From Eledone cirrhosa (taxonomy: Eukaryota), in the NCBI GenBank assembly GCA_964016885.1, contig OZ024748.1:57846001-57910000 (forward strand): 64,000 bases of DNA, in the 5' to 3' direction. This document shows, one piece after another, positions 58,201 to 64,000 of this stretch. The translations under genes were made by a program, and so were the position numbers. The notes below the pieces were generated by a model. It was given only the letters and a program-made list of their open reading frames with translations, did not search any database and was not told where the DNA came from. Position 1 is the stretch's first letter. Every line of letters starts with the position of its first letter.

Positions 58201-61018
58201 GATTCTTCAGAATCGGAGACAAGGAATATCTTTATTTCTTATGATAAATAAATGGTAAATAAAGCATTACCCAATTTGGCATGACGTCAAACATGCATAA
58301 CTAATACCATTAATATTGAGATAATGTAATTTACTAATATAATTATTCCACCATTGAGAAGCATCATATCCGAGTGAATATTGTCTAGCAGTTTATACAA
58401 TGCTGTCAAAAGACAAATTCTAATTTAAACTCAGAACATCTGTGGTGGTGGTTGTGGTGGTGGTGGCTGTGGTGTTGGTGGTCTGGCACTTGGAAATAAT
58501 ATTGTTGCGATTTGTTTCTTGGGTTTGTGTAAATCAGTCATTGTGGTTTGTTAGACACTACATATGTATACGATGTCTAAAGATGTTTCTCATATCCGTG
58601 TATACTTAAATGCAAAACAAGTATAATTTAAAACGAGAATAGTTTAAACTCTGTGAGCAAATCAGACGCAAACATCCGGAACTACACATTCATGACCCAT
58701 TTTTAACTTGGAGATGATAAAGTTTTAAACGTTCCAGATAATTAATGTTATATTTAATGGGTTATTTATATGTGATGCTGCGATTTGAATCTTTATAAAT
58801 CATGTTTGTTTAACCTTGATCGACAGCTTACATTTAGCAAGACATTATCTCTCTTGTATCACACTTTATATCATAATAGTGAATGGACACTTTAGCCAAG
58901 GTCTGTGTGTGCGTGTGTGAGCAAATTGGTAACTCTGTATTAATGATAACATTAAAACAGCTTACAAATGGAATATTAGGCAATGGTTTTAATTTTGCTC
59001 TTCCATTAGTATGTTGTTGCAATCCAAATTGCCATTCAATGTTTGTTTAAGAGAGTATCATAATATATAAATGATACATACGTGTGGACAATTTCAGGTT
59101 ATTCACAAAGTATATTATATTGAGATCAGTATTCATTTATACACGTTAGTTACTATTGTTTAAATTTCCAATACCAGACGATACCAATAATATTAAATAA
59201 GATGAAATAAAATAAGACCATTCTAAACCGATGTTGTGGGCACGGGCTCAGTTTCAATTTAATATATCTATTTAATTTATCTATGCTGAATATCATTCTT
59301 AAGAGGACCCAGCTTTAGTTTAGTTTGCCATATTATGTCAAGGACAAAATTAACACCTCCATGGTATAAAACGTGCGTGTTCTTTTACGCACATTTGGTT
59401 ATTTATGTAACGTAGATGCTCTGCATGTGGAAGCTAGGCAGAAGGTCATCTTAGGTGGCTCAGAGTTTGTATTGACTTGGGGAGGGTGACGTGTAACATT
59501 TGGTCATATAGGATAATTCTTGACTTAAATTATTAAATTATAATATATTCGCAGAGTAACTCGACTCCTCATTTGTATCATAGAATGTCTTTAGAGCGTT
59601 TCAAAACTATCAACATTTATGAGAATGTTTTCGTTAAGTTAAATATATGAGCGATGTTCTATGACTTGAATAAAATGGATTACAGACTCAGGAAAAATCG
59701 TATGGGCAGATAATTAATCAATTATCTTGGGATTTAGATAAATGCAGACCGATATGATAAAGAGGAAAATGCGTATCATGTAAGTGAAGTTGGTTCTCAT
59801 TTAAGGATTAAAGCAGCGGTCGGTGAAATGTTTATAAACAATACTGCTTATTCAGTGGTTGTTGCTCTAAGATGCTTGGAGTTTAGGGGCAAAGGCGCCA
59901 GGTGCATCAAAGTCTTACGTGAGGTTTCTTTGAAAAGCATGTGTTCAACGCAGGAGTGGTGGTTTAACGTGATGGAGAAATCGTGTTGCAATGCTATATA
60001 TGTGTGATTGCTTTGATTGGCCATCATAGTTTGTGAGGTTTAGCATTTTAACGATTTTTACGTTATATTTGTCGCGTGCATCATAAGATTGTGGAGGACA
60101 ACTACCATTCAATATTTATTTTTGTCCGGGTTCCTGCTAACGGAAAGAATGTACACTATTTTCATATATTTAGTGTGTACGGCTATGAAAATATATTGAT
60201 ATAAATATTATTGAAAAATGAAATATTTTATGTTCTGCATGAGATCTGTTGTTAGAATTATGCGCTGCTAAGTTGTAAATGTTTCACAATCATTCACCTT
60301 TCTTTGTGTCTCTGGGTTAAGCTGGGAATTGATGGAGCAAATAATGCAACAAATATTAACATTTAGCCTCGCGTCATCTCTACTTGAGAATCTGTACCGC
60401 CAAAGACCTCCAGCGAAGAATCGCTTAGATTTTATTTTCCATATATTTTATCCACAAAATCATTATTTATAATTCATAGGATATTAGTATTTGATTTGAA
60501 GGAGGCTTGAATGCTATCTTTAACATATCGAACGGACGTATCTGTATTTCTTTGTGTCTTAAGGGTTTCGTTCTTAGCTAGAATCCGGTTTGGAAAGATA
60601 TCGTTTTAGAGGTCCTGTCATTGCAATATTTATTAGAATGATTGTAGCGAACTATTTGTTGAATAACATATGTTTCTGCTTCAATAGTATAGGAGGAACT
60701 ATTTCATTTTTCTTAGATTTTTCTGGGTGATTTTGTGTGCTGCTATTTAAAGCACATATTTGAAAATGAGATTGGCATATGTAATATCTACAGTGGCATA
60801 TGGAATCAAGTTTTTTTTTTTATTAGACTGGGTGTTTCTGATAATTATAACACAAGTAAATGTGTGCTGATTCCACACATGTCATTCATTGTAACATTTT
60901 ATATATGATGACATATAGTTTGCCGAAATCTCAGATCTTCATTCATCAAAGAGAACTTTCTTAAAAATTCGATTATTCTAATATAAAATTATATATATAT
61001 ATATATATACACACATAT

Positions 61019-61116
<98 letters not shown>

Positions 61117-61838
61117 GTGTGTGTGTGTATTACGTTGTAGGTGGGTATATCATTATCGAGATAAATATAGAATTGGGAAAAACACTGAAATCTAATAAGT
61201 AAATAGATGTATTAAAAATACGACAAATCAATGTATGAATGAAGCAAATATAATTAAATGATAACATAAAAGAGAATCTGTCACAGAAAATTTCGATTTT
61301 CGATACAAGTCCTCTATATTTCCAGGCAAAAAAGACCGATACACGTGAGATTATAACGAATAAAGAAAGGAATAATTTAAAGGAAGATATTCAATTATAT
61401 TTTTATACACGTAATTCCTTTGAGAATAAAGAAATCCTGCGTTATTTCAATTTCAACTTGCTATTGAAAATACAGTTGAAGATTAGGAAATAAGTAAATC
61501 CTTGACAGAAAACTACGTTGTCAAAAGAAAACTTAATTTACGAAGTAAACCCCCTGATTCTTTATGCAGCTGTGATACTTCCCCTACCATGGATTTACAT
61601 TCTGCAAACACGCACACATATACACATACATGCACAGTATATTTATGTAAAAGTGTACATATGTGTGCGCACCTGAAACCTGGAAATATTGTTCACATAT
61701 ATCAACCTGCTGAATGTAAATGCGTGGCAGGGGAAGAATCACAGCTGCATAAAAAGCATACTTGTATAACATAAGGAATATACAATTCTAAATCTATAGA
61801 TATAGGGATTGAAATGTAACTGGGGGGGGGGGGTTATC

Positions 61839-61925
61839 GTCTTCTTCTTTGAGTTCCTCTTTCTTCTTCTTCTTCTTCTTCTTCTTCCACTTCTTCCACT
61901 TCTTCTTCTTCTTCTTCTTCTTCTT
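61839..61925. repeat. (TTC)n microsatellite
   Basis: Direct reading. It explains the poly-R and poly-L ORFs here. Confidence 0.9.
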
Positions 61926-64000
61926 TTTATTCTCACGTCCTCCTCATTTATTACACTTTGCTTGTCTTCCTCCCAGCTTAGTTCATTGTATCTAGAAATG
62001 TGGTGTTGGTTATTACCAGATCCTGCTGGTTTGACGGTCTTTTTTATTATTTATGTGCCATGTCGCTAATAAATCTATTTCCTTCAATATGTTAGCATTA
62101 CGTTTGGTTTATTATAATGGCTAACATTTAATTATTGAAACAAAATTTCTAATATAGGTTACGAAAAGGTTCATATATGTACTTTTGGTTGGAATAATTC
62201 AATAAGGACCTATCACAGATTGGCTATTCTGCTTTATAAAGGAAAATATGTTTCACAGTTCATGTAATACATTACTGGTTATGGACAGCTAGTTATGTGC
62301 ATAACATTCGAAACACTGCTAACAATGGATGAACATCCACTCATAAATCAATATGGACATTATAAGTTGAATATGGTATGAAGGTAGGTATCACACATTG
62401 CATCATCCATGTAGTAAACATAAAGGGGATATATATTAATATCATTTATTAGGCAATACATGTTTCAACGACCATGATTTAAATCTGCTACTTCCTGCAA
62501 CTCATGGTTACCCGTTGCCTTATAATATATTTTCCCTGACTTGGTGATACATACTGAGAGGCGTTGACTGATACCCTGACTGTCAACACGTATGATACTC
62601 GTTTGAGAGACTCGTATTTCCGCACCATACCTCATTGCTGGAGGCGGAATCTAGAGAAAAGCACAGTGATGCTATGTAATTAGCTACTGGAATGTTGATA
62701 CCACATATTAAATGCAATTTCTTGTATTGTTTTAATGCAATTGAAATATTTCTATTCAATTCAGGATTAGTGGATAGTATGACTGTGGACACCCAGGAGC
62801 GATAAAGGCATTTAATAGATCATCACGTATAACCGCAAGTAGGAGACACTAAGAAACGGTTAACAGATAATTGTCAATGGTATTTACAATTGCTTTCTTT
62901 GGTTAAACTATTTTGTGTGGTGACACAAAATCACCTTATCGTTTTCATGCGTTTGCTTTCTGTAGATTTCATGGATTTACGTAAATCTGTCTAAAAGCAA
63001 TCATGTCGTCCGTAAATTAATGCGGTCGGAGACGTACATTGAAACACAAACAATCTTTGATCACATCGAAAAGTTTGTGACTTGATCTTATATTTATGGC
63101 CACATTTTCCTATAAATTTCTTCAAACCACATTAATATTGCCTTTGATGTTTGTCTCATCATTGCCATTAGTTTGCTTGTGCAACATGTTTGTATTCTCT
63201 GTGTGCATAATAACAAAGACGACCCGTTCTTAATATTAATCCATATAAACGATAATTGTAATGTATCATTTTATTGTAGGAATTAGTGGTTGAAGATACT
63301 TTACCTCTGATAGTTTATACTAAAGGAGTGGGGAAAATGGGAGGCTTTGTTTTGTCACTTGACCAAGAGAAAGCTATATAATTTATACGATTGTAAAATG
63401 TTGCTGTTAATCACACGCTCATCAAAATCTGTTTATCACCCAATGTATGAGTATATGCTCATGCTGGAATAATATCGGTTGGATTTGAGAACTGCACAAA
63501 TCACAGAATTATAAGTTCTATTATCTATTGTCACCGAACAGATAATAGAACTTATCATATATCATATTTACGTTTATATCATCTGGACTGATATTTATAG
63601 TATTTCCTGGTGAATACAATGAGTCGCAGTTCTAAATCTTGTTGTGGTGGGGCTGGTTAAATCTAGGGAAAATTGCAGGGGGTATAATAGCTGACTTTAA
63701 TATCTTTGGCTTTGAAAATACGGTATTTGTGATGTCTGAGGAATAGTTTATGGGAATGGATGAGAAATAATTTATCAAAGCACCTGTTTATTTTAAGATT
63801 ATTACATAAATTATTACATTTTATGATTAATATGGTTGTGATGAAACCTCATTATAATAAACTGTTACTTCATTCAATGCAGTTTCATTTTACAAGTTGC
63901 GTAAACGTCGCATATTATTTGAAAGATAATATTCATGAATACTGTTTGCTTGTTTGATTTATTATGGATATAATGTAAAGATTGATTAAGAAGAAAACAT

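Noticed and set aside
58165-58220. Minus-strand CTGAAGA...GAAAC...GTA
   Set aside because: No pairing in helix I or helix II.
58429-58545. Short proline-rich minus-strand ORF
   Set aside because: It derives from a (GGT)n microsatellite and has an in-frame stop just upstream.
59800-60860. Possible ancient LINE coding remnant on the minus strand
   Set aside because: I could not read any intact RT or endonuclease motif. It needs a profile search.
61739-62069. Poly-Arg and poly-Leu ORFs
   Set aside because: Translations of the (TTC)n repeat.

Overview
This is AT-rich eukaryotic non-coding DNA. The SINE and microsatellite landscape resembles an octopus/cephalopod genome, which is an inference. 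I cannot support any intact cellular protein-coding gene; almost all ORFs in the track are artefacts of (TA)n, (TATG)n or (TG)n repeats. Ordinary content: multi-kb TA-based microsatellites, a 200-N gap, about ten tRNA-derived MetaSINE-type SINEs and three 5'-truncated LINE 3' ends (two L1/Tx1-like, one RTE-like). The main signal is a set of non-coding inserts in or next to (TA)n tracts. They are mostly unrelated in sequence but share one architecture: asymmetric head-to-head palindromes carrying type I hammerhead ribozyme (HHR) motifs that read outward from the centre. The clearest is a 5.2-kb array of near-identical 310-bp HHR units at 8261-13452, with about 12.9 copies in one direction, an inversion, and about 3.9 copies in the other. 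Further HHR or HHR-like foldbacks lie at about 17.0, 22.6, 32.9, 39.3 and 48.3-50.4 kb, and a solo HHR lies at 40.0 kb. The junctions suggest Penelope-mobilised, retrozyme-like (possibly circular) RNAs reverse-transcribed from both ends of a break in (TA)n. That mechanism is a hypothesis. All folds were read by eye and none was computed.
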